Shown piece after piece: positions 48,263 to 58,561 of a stretch of DNA of 64,000 nt. The notes under the pieces are model-generated. The model had not been told where the DNA came from, did not search any database, and saw only the letters and a program-made list of their open reading frames with translations. This DNA comes from Bacilli bacterium. Lineage in GTDB: Bacteria; Bacillota_I; Bacilli_A; RFN20; CAG-826. The translations under genes and the position numbers were made by a program. The stretch covers positions 21,122 to 85,121 of the forward strand of contig JAZRYE010000018.1 in NCBI GenBank assembly GCA_045600585.1, read 5' to 3'. Within the stretch, counting starts at the first letter, position 1, and the number at the start of each line of letters is the position of its first letter.

Positions 48263-51200
48263 AAGAACAGATATTCATAAAATTCTTGTCATCGGTTCTG
48301 GTCCAATTGTCATTGGTCAAGCAGCCGAATTTGACTACGCTGGTACACAAGCTTGTTTAGCTCTTAGAGAAGAGGGATACGAAGTAGTTCTTTGTAACTC
48401 AAACCCTGCAACAATTATGACCGATAAAGCAGTTGCAGATAAGATTTATATGGAACCATTAACTCTTGAATATATGGCGAAAATAATTCGTCATGAAAGA
48501 CCGGATGCAATTCTTCCAGGTATTGGCGGTCAAACAGGACTTAACCTTGCTATTTTATTAGAAAAAAAGGGCATTTTAAGAGAATGCCAAGTTGAGTTAC
48601 TTGGTACATCTTCTGAATCAATTGCAAAAGCAGAAGATAGAGAATTATTTAAACAATTATGTGTTGATTTAGGTGAACCTGTTCTTCCTTCTATTATTGC
48701 AAACTCAATGAAAGAAGGACTTGAAGCTGCACATAAGATTACTTATCCAGTCGTTTTAAGACCAGCCTTTACTTTAGGTGGCACAGGTGGTGGATTTGCT
48801 AACAACGATGAAGAATTTGCTGAATTAATGAAAAACGCGCTTTCATTATCTCCAGTACACCAAGTACTAGTTGAAAAATCTATCAAAGGATATAAAGAAA
48901 TTGAATATGAAGTAATTCGTGACTCAAACGACACTGCAATTACTATTTGTAATATGGAAAACATTGATCCAGTAGGTATTCATACTGGTGACTCCATTGT
49001 TGTATGTCCTTCTCAAACTCTAACAAACAAAGAGTATCACATGCTTAGAGATTCAGCTTTGAAGATTATTAGAGCGTTAAAAATTGAAGGTGGCTGCAAT
49101 GTTCAATTTGCATTAGATCCTCATTCATTTAAATATTACTTAATTGAAGTCAATCCTCGTGTTTCACGTTCGTCAGCTTTGGCATCTAAAGCATCAGGAT
49201 ACCCAATTGCAAGAGTATCAGCAAAGATTGCTGTTGGTATGCATTTAGATGAAATTAATATTGCTAATACACCAGCATCTTTTGAACCATCGTTAGACTA
49301 TGTCGTTACAAAGATGCCACGTTTTCCATTTGATAAGTTCGCTGATGCAAATAATAAGTTATCAACACAAATGAAAGCTACTGGTGAAGTAATGTCTATT
49401 GGCAGAACAATAGAAGAATCATTATTAAAAGCAGTCAGATCTTTGGAAATTAATGTTTTCCATTTATATATGAAGAAGTTTGATGACTGGTCTAAAGAAC
49501 AGTTGCTTGATTACATTAAAATCGGTACAGATGATAGGATTTATGCGATTGCAGAACTTTGTAGACGCCGTGTTGACTATGGTATTATCGCCGGCTGTTC
49601 AAAGATTGATATGCTCTTTATCGAAAAAATTAAAAACATTATTCGTGAAGAGGATGAAATTAAAGAAAATCCATATGACTTAGAAGTATTAAAGAACGCT
49701 AAAAAGATGGGATTTTCTGATAAGGCCATCGCATGGTTATGGGGAGTTAAAGAAATTGATATTTATAACTTGAGAGTTAAAAACAATATTTTCCCTGTAT
49801 ATAAAATGATTGATACATGCGCTTCTGAATTTGAGTCTTATATTCCATATTTCTATTCAACTTATGAAGATGAAAACGAATCAATTGTTTCAGATAAAAA
49901 GAAAATTATTGTTCTCGGTTCAGGCCCAATTAGAATTGGTCAAGGCATTGAATTTGATTATTCTACAGTTCATGCTGTCATGACAATTAAAAATTCTGGA
50001 TATGAAGCAATCATTATTAATAATAATCCTGAAACAGTTTCTACTGATTATACAACATCAGACAAGTTATATTTTGAACCATTGTGCGTTGAAGATGTCA
50101 TGAATATTATTACTTTAGAAAAACCATATGGAGTTATAGCAACATTAGGTGGACAAACTGCAATTAATCTTGCCGAACCTTTGATGGAAAGAGGCGTTAA
50201 TATTATCGGTACTGATTGCGAAGGCATTGATAAGGCAGAAAATAGAGATTTGTTTGAAAAATTATTAACTGAATTAGGAATTCCTCAACCAACAGGATGT
50301 GCGGTTACTAAGATTGAAGATGGTATTAAAGCCGCTAACAAGATTGGATATCCAGTTTTAGTTAGACCTTCATTTGTTTTGGGCGGACGTGCTATGCAAA
50401 TTGTTGCCAATGAAAAGCAATTAAGACACTACTTAAAAACAGCTGTTGAAATTGATGAAGATAGACCAGTTTTGGTTGATAAATATATTCAAGGTAAAGA
50501 AGTAGAAGTTGATGCTGTATGCGATGGAAAAGATGTGTTCTGTCCAGGCATTATGGAACTTGTTGAAAGAACAGGTATTCACTCAGGTGACTCAATTTCT
50601 GTATATCCACCATTCTCTTTATCACAAAAAGTTAAAGATACAATTTTAGATTATACAAAGAAGCTCGGATTAGGATGTGGAATCATTGGTTTATATAACA
50701 TTCAATTTATTGTAGATTCAGATGATAACGTATTTATTATTGAAGTTAATCCGCGTTCCTCAAGAACTGTTCCATTCTTATCAAAAGCAACAAGCTATTC
50801 ACTTGCCGATATTGCAACAAAAGTTATCTTGGGAGAAAGTTTAAAATCACAAGGATTTAATGTTATTTATCCTGAAGAGAAGAAGAGATGGTATGTTAAA
50901 TGCCCTGCATTCTCTTTCTCAAAATTAAAAGGTCTGGATGCTTATTTATCTCCAGAAATGAAATCAACCGGTGAAGCTATTGGTTATGACGATAAAAAGA
51001 ATCGTGCTTTATATAAAGCAATGCAAGCAGCTGGAACTAGATTAAAACAGTACGGAACAGTATTTGCAACTATTGCTGATGAAGATAAAGAAGAAGCTCT
51101 TCCATTAATTAAAAGATTTTATAATCTTGGATTTAACATTGAAGCTACAGAAGGAACTGCTAAGTTCTTAAAAGACCATGGTATTAAAACAAGAATTAAA

Positions 51201-51434
51201 CGCAAGATTTCTGAAGGATCAAACGAAATCCTTGATTCAATTAGACAGGGTTATATCACATATATCATTAATACTAGACATGTATCTTCAACCGATACTG
51301 CAAGTGATGGATATATCATTAGACAAGTTGCAGTCGAAAATTATGTAACAGTCTTAACAGCGTTAGATACAGTTAAAGCGCTTCTAGATGTTTTAGAAGA
51401 AACAATGATTAATGTTTCAACAATCGATATGTAG
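48255..51434 (+). CDS. carB: carbamoyl-phosphate synthase large subunit
   Basis: 1059 aa. Duplicated ATP-grasp halves (two copies of EVNPRxSRS) and a C-terminal MGS-like domain. Confidence 0.97.
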   Translation: MAKRTDIHKILVIGSGPIVIGQAAEFDYAGTQACLALREEGYEVVLCNSNPATIMTDKAVADKIYMEPLTLEYMAKIIRHERPDAILPGIGGQTGLNLAILLEKKGILRECQVELLGTSSESIAKAEDRELFKQLCVDLGEPVLPSIIANSMKEGLEAAHKITYPVVLRPAFTLGGTGGGFANNDEEFAELMKNALSLSPVHQVLVEKSIKGYKEIEYEVIRDSNDTAITICNMENIDPVGIHTGDSIVVCPSQTLTNKEYHMLRDSALKIIRALKIEGGCNVQFALDPHSFKYYLIEVNPRVSRSSALASKASGYPIARVSAKIAVGMHLDEINIANTPASFEPSLDYVVTKMPRFPFDKFADANNKLSTQMKATGEVMSIGRTIEESLLKAVRSLEINVFHLYMKKFDDWSKEQLLDYIKIGTDDRIYAIAELCRRRVDYGIIAGCSKIDMLFIEKIKNIIREEDEIKENPYDLEVLKNAKKMGFSDKAIAWLWGVKEIDIYNLRVKNNIFPVYKMIDTCASEFESYIPYFYSTYEDENESIVSDKKKIIVLGSGPIRIGQGIEFDYSTVHAVMTIKNSGYEAIIINNNPETVSTDYTTSDKLYFEPLCVEDVMNIITLEKPYGVIATLGGQTAINLAEPLMERGVNIIGTDCEGIDKAENRDLFEKLLTELGIPQPTGCAVTKIEDGIKAANKIGYPVLVRPSFVLGGRAMQIVANEKQLRHYLKTAVEIDEDRPVLVDKYIQGKEVEVDAVCDGKDVFCPGIMELVERTGIHSGDSISVYPPFSLSQKVKDTILDYTKKLGLGCGIIGLYNIQFIVDSDDNVFIIEVNPRSSRTVPFLSKATSYSLADIATKVILGESLKSQGFNVIYPEEKKRWYVKCPAFSFSKLKGLDAYLSPEMKSTGEAIGYDDKKNRALYKAMQAAGTRLKQYGTVFATIADEDKEEALPLIKRFYNLGFNIEATEGTAKFLKDHGIKTRIKRKISEGSNEILDSIRQGYITYIINTRHVSSTDTASDGYIIRQVAVENYVTVLTALDTVKALLDVLEETMINVSTIDM

Positions 51435-51443
51435 GTAGCATTT

Positions 51444-52181
51444 ATGAAACAAGGAATTTATAAAATATTAGAAAACAAAGCTTTAACTTCAAATGTTTAT
51501 AAAATGGTTCTTGAAGGTGATACATCTGCTATTACTGCACCTGGCCAATTTATCAACATTAAATTAGATAACTTCTTTTTAAGAAGACCAATTTCTATAT
51601 GCGATTATGACGATAAAACAATAACGATTATTTATAAAGTTGCTGGAAAAGGAACAGAAGTTTTATCAAGCATGAATTCTAATGATAAACTCGATATTTT
51701 AGTGGGACTTGGTAATGGCTATAACTTAGATAAAAACTATAATAAAGTGCTACTTATTGGTGGAGGAGTTGGCGTTCCACCTCTTTATAATCTTGCTAAA
51801 ACGCTTAAGAATAATGACAAAAACGTTGAAGTTATTTTAGGTTTTAATACTAAAGAAGAAATCTTTTATGAGGATGAATTTAAAAGGCTTGGTTGCAACG
51901 TAAAAGTTACAACAGCTGATGGTTCTTATGGCATAAAAGGATTTGTTACTACCGCAATGGAAGAAATAGATTATGAATATTTCTATACATGTGGACCTGA
52001 ACCAATGCTAAAAGCAATTTATAATGCATCAAAAACCAGTGGAGAATTCTCTTTTGAAGAAAGAATGGGCTGTGGTTTTGGAGCTTGTATGGGTTGTAGC
52101 TGCAAAACTCTTTATGGAAATAAAAGAATTTGTAAAGATGGACCAGTTTTAGTAAAGGAGGAAATTATATGGGAGAAATAA
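51444..52181 (+). CDS. pyrK: dihydroorotate dehydrogenase B electron-transfer subunit
   Basis: 245 aa. RRPISI FAD motif and a C-terminal CGxGxCxxC...C 2Fe-2S cluster motif. Confidence 0.9.
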   Translation: MKQGIYKILENKALTSNVYKMVLEGDTSAITAPGQFINIKLDNFFLRRPISICDYDDKTITIIYKVAGKGTEVLSSMNSNDKLDILVGLGNGYNLDKNYNKVLLIGGGVGVPPLYNLAKTLKNNDKNVEVILGFNTKEEIFYEDEFKRLGCNVKVTTADGSYGIKGFVTTAMEEIDYEYFYTCGPEPMLKAIYNASKTSGEFSFEERMGCGFGACMGCSCKTLYGNKRICKDGPVLVKEEIIWEK

Positions 52182-53086
52182 ATACAAAAGTAAACCTTCT
52201 AGGTATTGAATTAGATAATCCTGTTATTCCTGCATCTGGAACATTTGGTTTCGGTTATGAGTTTGCAGAAATCTATGATATTAACATCCTTGGAACTTTC
52301 TCATTTAAAGGAACAACTAAAGATCCAAGGTTTGGCAATCTTACTCCTAGAATTGCTGAAACTTCTTCTGGCATGCTTAACGCTGTTGGACTTCAAAATC
52401 CTGGTGTCGAAAAAGTAATAATAGAAGAATTGCCTAAACTTAAAAAAGTATTCAATAAAAAGGTGATGGCTAATGTATCGGGATTTTCAATTGAAGATTA
52501 TGTTTATACTTGCGAAAAATTAGATAAAGAAGAACAAGTTGGTTGGATTGAATTAAATGTATCTTGCCCTAATGTTCACGGGGGCGGAATGAGCTTTGGC
52601 ACAGATCCTGCTTTATTAGGTAAAGTAGTAAAAGAAGTAAGAAAAGTCGTTACTAAACCACTCATTATTAAATTATCACCTAACGTTACAAATATTGTTG
52701 AAATAGCAAAAGCATGTGAAGATAACGGGGCAGATGGTATTGCTTTAATCAATACTTTGTTGGGTATGCGTATTGATTTAAGAAAAAGAAAACCTCTTTT
52801 AAAAAATACTACAGGTGGATTATCAGGACCAGCAATATTCCCAGTCGCAGTTAGATGTGTTTATCAAGTTGCAAAGGCAGTTAAAATACCAGTTATTGGT
52901 ATGGGTGGCATTTCAACAGCAGAAGATGTTATTGAAATGATGCTTGCTGGCGCAACCGCTGTTGAAGTAGGAGCAGCAAATTTAATAGATCCTTATGCTT
53001 GTAAAAAGATTATTGAGGATTTACCTAATGTCATGAAAAAATATGGAATTACATCATTAAAAGATATTATTGGAGGAGCATTATAA
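52169..53086 (+). CDS. pyrD: dihydroorotate dehydrogenase B catalytic subunit
   Basis: 305 aa. [15 protein letters not shown] and GMGGI motifs. AAGGAGG RBS. Confidence 0.93.
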   Translation: MGEINTKVNLLGIELDNPVIPASGTFGFGYEFAEIYDINILGTFSFKGTTKDPRFGNLTPRIAETSSGMLNAVGLQNPGVEKVIIEELPKLKKVFNKKVMANVSGFSIEDYVYTCEKLDKEEQVGWIELNVSCPNVHGGGMSFGTDPALLGKVVKEVRKVVTKPLIIKLSPNVTNIVEIAKACEDNGADGIALINTLLGMRIDLRKRKPLLKNTTGGLSGPAIFPVAVRCVYQVAKAVKIPVIGMGGISTAEDVIEMMLAGATAVEVGAANLIDPYACKKIIEDLPNVMKKYGITSLKDIIGGAL

Positions 53087-53787
53087 TGGCAAAAGACGTA
53101 ATTATCGCTTGTGACTTTTCATCGAAAGAAAAGACATTGGAATTTCTCGACAAATTCGAAGGAAGAAAACCATTCGTTAAGATTGGAATGGAACTATTTT
53201 ATGCAGCAGGACCTGAAATTGTAAAAGAGATAAAAGCCCGTGGTCATAAAATATTTTTAGACCTCAAACTTCACGATATTCCAAATACAGTTAAAAAGGC
53301 TATGTCTGTTTTATCTCATTTAGATGTTGATATGACAAACTTACATGCAGCAGGAACAATCAATATGATGAAAGCTGCAATCGAAGGGTTAACAAGAGAA
53401 GATGGAACTCGTCCATTATTAATTGCAGTTACTCAATTAACATCTACCGATCAAGAAAGTATGGAAAAAGACTTATTAATTAAAGAACCTATTGATCAAG
53501 TAGTTATGCATTATGCAAAGTGCGCAAAAAAAGCTGGATTAGATGGTGTTGTTTGTTCGCCATTAGAAGCAAAAAAAGTTCATTCTACATGCGGTAATAA
53601 CTTCGTTACAGTTACTCCTGGTGTAAGATTTGCTGATGGAGATAAGGGAGATCAAAAACGAGTTATGACTCCTGCTGAAGCAAGAAAAATTGGTTCAGAT
53701 TATATTGTCGTCGGACGTCCAATTACTGCAAGTGATGACCCAGTTGCAGCATACAATAGATGTGTTAGAGAATTTTTAGGGGACTAA
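53086..53787 (+). CDS. pyrF: orotidine-5'-phosphate decarboxylase
   Basis: 233 aa. [12 protein letters not shown] and VVGRPI motifs. TAATG overlap with pyrD. Confidence 0.93.
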   Translation: MAKDVIIACDFSSKEKTLEFLDKFEGRKPFVKIGMELFYAAGPEIVKEIKARGHKIFLDLKLHDIPNTVKKAMSVLSHLDVDMTNLHAAGTINMMKAAIEGLTREDGTRPLLIAVTQLTSTDQESMEKDLLIKEPIDQVVMHYAKCAKKAGLDGVVCSPLEAKKVHSTCGNNFVTVTPGVRFADGDKGDQKRVMTPAEARKIGSDYIVVGRPITASDDPVAAYNRCVREFLGD

Positions 53788-53789
53788 AT

Positions 53790-54431
53790 ATGTTGGATAT
53801 TGAAACATTAATTGCTAAAGACTTGCTTTCTATTAAAGCAGTATTCTTCCGCCCAGAAGAACCATTTACATGGGCATCAGGTATTAAATCACCAGTTTAT
53901 TGTGATAATCGTTTAACTTTAACCGCCCCATCAGTAAGAAACGATGTTGAAAACTCACTTGCTGAAACAGTTAAAAAATATTTCCCAGAAGTTGAAGTAC
54001 TTATGGGTACATCAACAGCAGGTATTGCTCACGCTGCTATTGTTGGTCATTTAATGAATCTTCCAATGGGTTATGTTAGAAGCGGTGCTAAAGACCATGG
54101 TAGACAAAATCAAATTGAAGGTAGATTAGAAAAAGGGCAAAAAGTAGTTGTTATTGAAGACTTAATCTCAACAGGCGGTTCTGTTATTGAAGTTGTTGAT
54201 GTATTAAGAGAAGCGGGTGCAGATGTTCTTGGTGTTGTTTCTATCTTTACATATGGAATGAAAAAAGGTTTAGATAGACTTGCTGCTGCTAACGTTATCA
54301 ATCATTCATTAACTAACTTCGATAAAATTGCCGAAGTTGCCGCTCAAGAAGGCTATATTAAAGAAAACGACATTCAAAGATTGATTGCCTTTAGAAATAA
54401 TCCATCTGATGAAAGCTGGATTGGTAAGTAA
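53790..54431 (+). CDS. pyrE: orotate phosphoribosyltransferase
   Basis: 213 aa. [17 protein letters not shown] motif. Confidence 0.93.
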   Translation: MLDIETLIAKDLLSIKAVFFRPEEPFTWASGIKSPVYCDNRLTLTAPSVRNDVENSLAETVKKYFPEVEVLMGTSTAGIAHAAIVGHLMNLPMGYVRSGAKDHGRQNQIEGRLEKGQKVVVIEDLISTGGSVIEVVDVLREAGADVLGVVSIFTYGMKKGLDRLAAANVINHSLTNFDKIAEVAAQEGYIKENDIQRLIAFRNNPSDESWIGK

Positions 54432-54433
54432 TT

Positions 54434-55522
54434 ATGAGAAGTCTCATTGATATTGTTGATTTTACTAAAGAAGAATTAAAAGATTTGATGGATGTTGCTA
54501 TCGATATTGAGAAAAATCCATCAAATTATAGCGAGAAATGCAAAGGTAAGAAGTTAGCAACTTTGTTTTTTGAACCATCAACAAGAACTAGATTATCTTT
54601 TGAAGCAGCGATGCTTGAATTAGGTGGTTCTGTTATTGGTTTTTCCTCTGCAAATTCTTCATCTGCTGCAAAAGGTGAAAGCTATGCAGACACAGCAAAA
54701 GTAATTTCTTGTTATGCAGATATCATTGCTATGAGATCACCAGTAGAAGGTTCTTCCTATGTTGCTTCTATTAATGCAAGCATTCCCGTTATCAATGCTG
54801 GTGATGGAGGACATTGCCACCCAACACAAACTCTTGCTGATTTATTAACAATTTATAAACATAAGGGTGGATTTGATAATCTAGTTGTTGGTTTTTGTGG
54901 GGACTTAAAATATGGTAGGACAGTACATTCCTTAATCGGAGCACTTTCGCGTTACAAAAACGTTAAAATCGTACTTATTTCGCCAAAGGAACTTGTGCTT
55001 CCAGATTATATTAAAGAAGAAATTCTTGATAAGAATAATATGGAATATATTGAAGTTACTAGTTTAGAAGAAAACATTGATAAATTAGATATTCTTTATA
55101 TGACAAGAATCCAAAGAGAAAGATTCGATGATAAGGATGAATATGAAAGACTTAAAAATTCATATGTTCTTGATGTTGCTAAAATGGAAAAAGCAAAAGA
55201 AAGTATGTATGTCTTACATCCTCTTCCAAGAGTTAATGAAATCAGCGTTAAAGTTGATTCAGATCCAAGAGCGGTTTATTTCGAACAATGTTTAAATGGT
55301 AAACTTATGAGAATGTCTCTCATCTTAAAATTATTAGAAGAGAAACAAAAAAATCCATATATTGTTGATCGTTTTGCTGGTAAGAAATTACTAATTAATA
55401 AATATAAGTGTACTAATAAAAAATGTATTTCAAAAGATGAACAAGAACTAGATCAAGTGTTTAAAGTTGTTGATGAAGAAAATAACATTTGCCGCTGCAT
55501 TTATTGTGATAAATTAGCATAA
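54434..55522 (+). CDS. pyrB: aspartate carbamoyltransferase catalytic chain fused to a PyrI-type zinc domain
   Basis: 362 aa. STRTR, HPTQ and HPLPR catalytic motifs. The extra C-terminal 50 aa or so contain C-x4-C ... C-x2-C ([12 protein letters not shown]...[10 protein letters not shown]), which resembles E. coli PyrI (CPNSNCISHAE...CKYCEKEF). Confidence 0.93.
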   Translation: MRSLIDIVDFTKEELKDLMDVAIDIEKNPSNYSEKCKGKKLATLFFEPSTRTRLSFEAAMLELGGSVIGFSSANSSSAAKGESYADTAKVISCYADIIAMRSPVEGSSYVASINASIPVINAGDGGHCHPTQTLADLLTIYKHKGGFDNLVVGFCGDLKYGRTVHSLIGALSRYKNVKIVLISPKELVLPDYIKEEILDKNNMEYIEVTSLEENIDKLDILYMTRIQRERFDDKDEYERLKNSYVLDVAKMEKAKESMYVLHPLPRVNEISVKVDSDPRAVYFEQCLNGKLMRMSLILKLLEEKQKNPYIVDRFAGKKLLINKYKCTNKKCISKDEQELDQVFKVVDEENNICRCIYCDKLA

Positions 55523-55537
55523 TTGCAAATATGATAA

Positions 55538-55570
55538 GAAAGACAACCTTTGCTGTTGTCTTTTCTATTT
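55538..55570 (+). terminator. intrinsic terminator of the pyr operon
   Basis: aaagacaac-7 nt-gttgtcttt followed by tctattt. Confidence 0.7.
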
Positions 55571-55590
55571 GGTAAGAGAATAATAATTGT

Positions 55591-56187
55591 ATGAAAAATG
55601 ATTATAAAAAAGCGTCCCAAGTTTTACTCGATGGCAAGGTTATAGGATTTGCTACAGAAACTGTAATGGGATTAGGTGTTGTTTATAACAACAAAGAAGC
55701 TTATGACTTATTAAACAAAGTCAAAAGAAGACCAGAAGACAAACCATATTCTTTAATGATTGGTGATGTTGATGATATTGATAAATACGCTTATATCAGT
55801 AAAGATGCACAAAAATTAATCGATGCATTTTTACCAGGATCAATAACCATCTTATTACCTGTTAAAGATAGTGTTCCTTCTTGGGTAACCCATGGTGGTC
55901 CAACTATTGGAATTAGAGTTCCAAGTAATGAAGTTGCATTAAGCCTATTAAAAGAAGTAAAGCTTCCATTATTAGTTCCAAGCGCGAATAGATCTGGTGA
56001 AAAGCCATGCATGACTTCAAACGAAGTTAAAGAAACATTTAAAGATGAAGTTGGTTATGTTTTAGAAGGCGATGCATTGGGTGGATTACCTTCAACATTA
56101 ATTGATATGACTAAAGAAACATATAAAATATTAAGGGAAGGCCCAATCACAAAAGAAATGATTAATAAAGTGCTTGGAGGAGAATAA
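55591..56187 (+). CDS. tsaC: L-threonylcarbamoyladenylate synthase (YrdC/TsaC short form)
   Basis: 198 aa. YrdC-domain motifs KRRPEDKPYSLMI and SANRSGE. Confidence 0.85.
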   Translation: MKNDYKKASQVLLDGKVIGFATETVMGLGVVYNNKEAYDLLNKVKRRPEDKPYSLMIGDVDDIDKYAYISKDAQKLIDAFLPGSITILLPVKDSVPSWVTHGGPTIGIRVPSNEVALSLLKEVKLPLLVPSANRSGEKPCMTSNEVKETFKDEVGYVLEGDALGGLPSTLIDMTKETYKILREGPITKEMINKVLGGE

Positions 56188-56189
56188 TT

Positions 56190-56636
56190 ATGAGAATTGC
56201 TATTGGATGTGACCATGGTGGATTTAACTGCAAGGAAGCAGTCGTAAAAGCATTAAAAGAACAAGGATATGAAATTGAAGATGTTGGAACATATAGTTTA
56301 GATTCTTGCCATTATCCTGTATTTGGTGAAAAAGTTGGTAACTTAGTTGCTTCAAAGGAATGTGAATTTGGTATTGTTATTTGCACTTCAGGTGAAGGAA
56401 TTATGATGACTGCTAACAAAGTTAATGGAGTAAGAGCAGGCCTTGCTTATAATGATGAAGTCGCTTCATTAATGAGACAACATAACAACGCGAACGTTAT
56501 CGCTTTTGGTGCTAAATTTATGGCGTTAGAAGATATCTTAAGACGTATTGACATTTTCTTAAAAACTCCATTTGAAGGCGGAAGACATGAGACTCGTGTC
56601 AACCTCATTAGCGATGTTGAAAAACGTCAAAAATAA
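56190..56636 (+). CDS. rpiB: ribose-5-phosphate isomerase B
   Basis: 148 aa. MRIAIGCDHGG and VICTSGEG motifs. Confidence 0.9.
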   Translation: MRIAIGCDHGGFNCKEAVVKALKEQGYEIEDVGTYSLDSCHYPVFGEKVGNLVASKECEFGIVICTSGEGIMMTANKVNGVRAGLAYNDEVASLMRQHNNANVIAFGAKFMALEDILRRIDIFLKTPFEGGRHETRVNLISDVEKRQK

Positions 56637-56699
56637 TTAAAATCATTACAAAAATCATATTTTTAAGTAAAATTCCGAAAAAATCGCCTATTAATAAAT

Positions 56700-57872
56700 A
56701 TGGGTGATTTTTTTATTTGCCCAATATGCGGCAACCAAGATCAAAGAACAATTGGCTATCTTAATGGCTATCCTTACTGTCGAAAATGTGTTTCGTTTCG
56801 TGGTGAAGAAGTTAAGGGTAATTTAATATATCCAAAATCTAGTTACTATCATCTCGACTATGATTTATCAAAAGAACAAAAGGAGCTTTCAGATGCTCTA
56901 GTTAGTAATTATAAAAACGGTATTGATTTACTTGTACACGCGGTATGCGGAAGTGGAAAGACAGAGATAGTTTTAGAAGTAATTAGCTATGCGATTAGGT
57001 GTGGTGAGAGAGTGGGATTTGCAGTTCCAAGAAGAGATGTTGTATGTGAATTATATGAAAGATTTCATTCGATATTTAAGCGAAATAAAATTGCCTTAGT
57101 TTATGGAGGACATGTAGATAAATTAGAGGGTGACCTTGTTTGTTTAACTACACACCAATTATATCGATATGACAAATATTTTGATTTATTAATCGTCGAT
57201 GAGATAGATGCGTTCCCTTTTAAGGGCAATGATGTTTTACAAGCCTTCTTCAATAGATCAATTCGTGGCCATTTTGTCATGATGAGTGCAACTCCCGATG
57301 AAGAGGTAATAAATTCTTTTAAACAAAACGGAAAGCAAATACTAGAACTATTTTCTCGTTTCCATAAACGTCCGCTTCCAGTTCCAGAAATAGTGCTTCA
57401 TAAAAGTATAGTTTTATATTTGTCTTTATATGATTATGTAAAGCTCTTTTTAAGAAAGAATAAGCCTATTTTTATATTTACTCCAACAATAGTAATGTGT
57501 GAAGAAACATATAGATATTTGAAGCTATTTTTTAAGAGTGGCGATTACGTTCATTCAAAGAGAATAAATAGACCAAAAGTTATAGAAGATTTTCGACAAG
57601 GAAAATCAAAATTTTTAGTGACGACAGCAGTGTTAGAAAGAGGAGTAACAATCAAGGATTTACAAGTCATTATTTTTCATGCTGATAACGCAATATATGA
57701 TCAATATTCCCTTGTTCAAATTGCTGGTCGAGTTGGACGTAAAAAAGACGCTCCAGAAGGGAGGGTGATTTTTCTTGCAAATGAAAGAACAAAAGACATG
57801 GAAAAAGCTGTCGAAGATATTAAAAGAGCCAACGCATCTTTGCAAACTATGCTTTCAAGCAATAAAAGCTAA
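56700..57872 (+). CDS. comFA: ComFA-like DEAD/DEAH helicase (competence DNA uptake)
   Basis: 390 aa. N-terminal CPICG...CRKC zinc finger, AVCGSGKTE Walker A and VDEIDAF Walker B. A comFC gene follows. Confidence 0.8.
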   Translation: MGDFFICPICGNQDQRTIGYLNGYPYCRKCVSFRGEEVKGNLIYPKSSYYHLDYDLSKEQKELSDALVSNYKNGIDLLVHAVCGSGKTEIVLEVISYAIRCGERVGFAVPRRDVVCELYERFHSIFKRNKIALVYGGHVDKLEGDLVCLTTHQLYRYDKYFDLLIVDEIDAFPFKGNDVLQAFFNRSIRGHFVMMSATPDEEVINSFKQNGKQILELFSRFHKRPLPVPEIVLHKSIVLYLSLYDYVKLFLRKNKPIFIFTPTIVMCEETYRYLKLFFKSGDYVHSKRINRPKVIEDFRQGKSKFLVTTAVLERGVTIKDLQVIIFHADNAIYDQYSLVQIAGRVGRKKDAPEGRVIFLANERTKDMEKAVEDIKRANASLQTMLSSNKS

Positions 57873-58458
57873 TAGCTTTTATTCCTTATATAATAAGAAT
57901 TCATTATTATGCTCGTCTTGTTACAAGAAATTAAAGCCTAATTTTCAATTATTTTATATTAATAACGTGAAGGCAATATCTTTATATAATTATGATGATA
58001 ATTTTGAATCACTTTTATATCAATTTAAGGGATGTAGCGACATTGAATTAGCCCCTGTATTTTTAGAGAGGTTTGAGAGAGAATTAAATCTGTACTTTTA
58101 CGACTACATAATAGTCCCAATTCCATCGTTTCATTTAGATGATTTAAATCGTGGTTTTAATCATGTAGTAGAGATTGCAAAATCATTTAAATTACCAATA
58201 TTAAAAATCTTGGAAAAGACAGAACATATCAAACAAGCAAACATGCGTAAAAACGATAGAAATCAAATATCAAAAATCTTGAAATTGGCGATTTTAGATT
58301 CACTTGAAAACAAGAAGATTTTATTGCTTGATGATGTGTATACTACTGGCTCGACAATGAAAGCTTCAATAAAGCTTATAAAAACCCTTCATCCAAAGGA
58401 TATAAAAGTGCTAGTAATATCCAAGACTCCTTATAGGAAAATGACTAATACTAATTAA
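57775..58458 (+). CDS. comFC: ComFC-like phosphoribosyltransferase-fold competence protein
   Basis: N-terminal CKLC...CSSC double zinc knuckle and LLLDDVYTTGST PRT motif. TTG at 57775 (GGAGG 10 nt upstream) or ATG at 57781. Either start overlaps comFA by more than 90 nt. Confidence 0.8.
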   Translation: MQMKEQKTWKKLSKILKEPTHLCKLCFQAIKANSFYSLYNKNSLLCSSCYKKLKPNFQLFYINNVKAISLYNYDDNFESLLYQFKGCSDIELAPVFLERFERELNLYFYDYIIVPIPSFHLDDLNRGFNHVVEIAKSFKLPILKILEKTEHIKQANMRKNDRNQISKILKLAILDSLENKKILLLDDVYTTGSTMKASIKLIKTLHPKDIKVLVISKTPYRKMTNTN

Positions 58459-58561
58459 TTTGTATTAGACTATATCGCTTTACTTTGATAAGATATTTAG
58501 GCAATGTCTATTGTTCTTTATTAAAAGAAAGGCACACATTAGGGTGTGTAAGGTATTAAAG

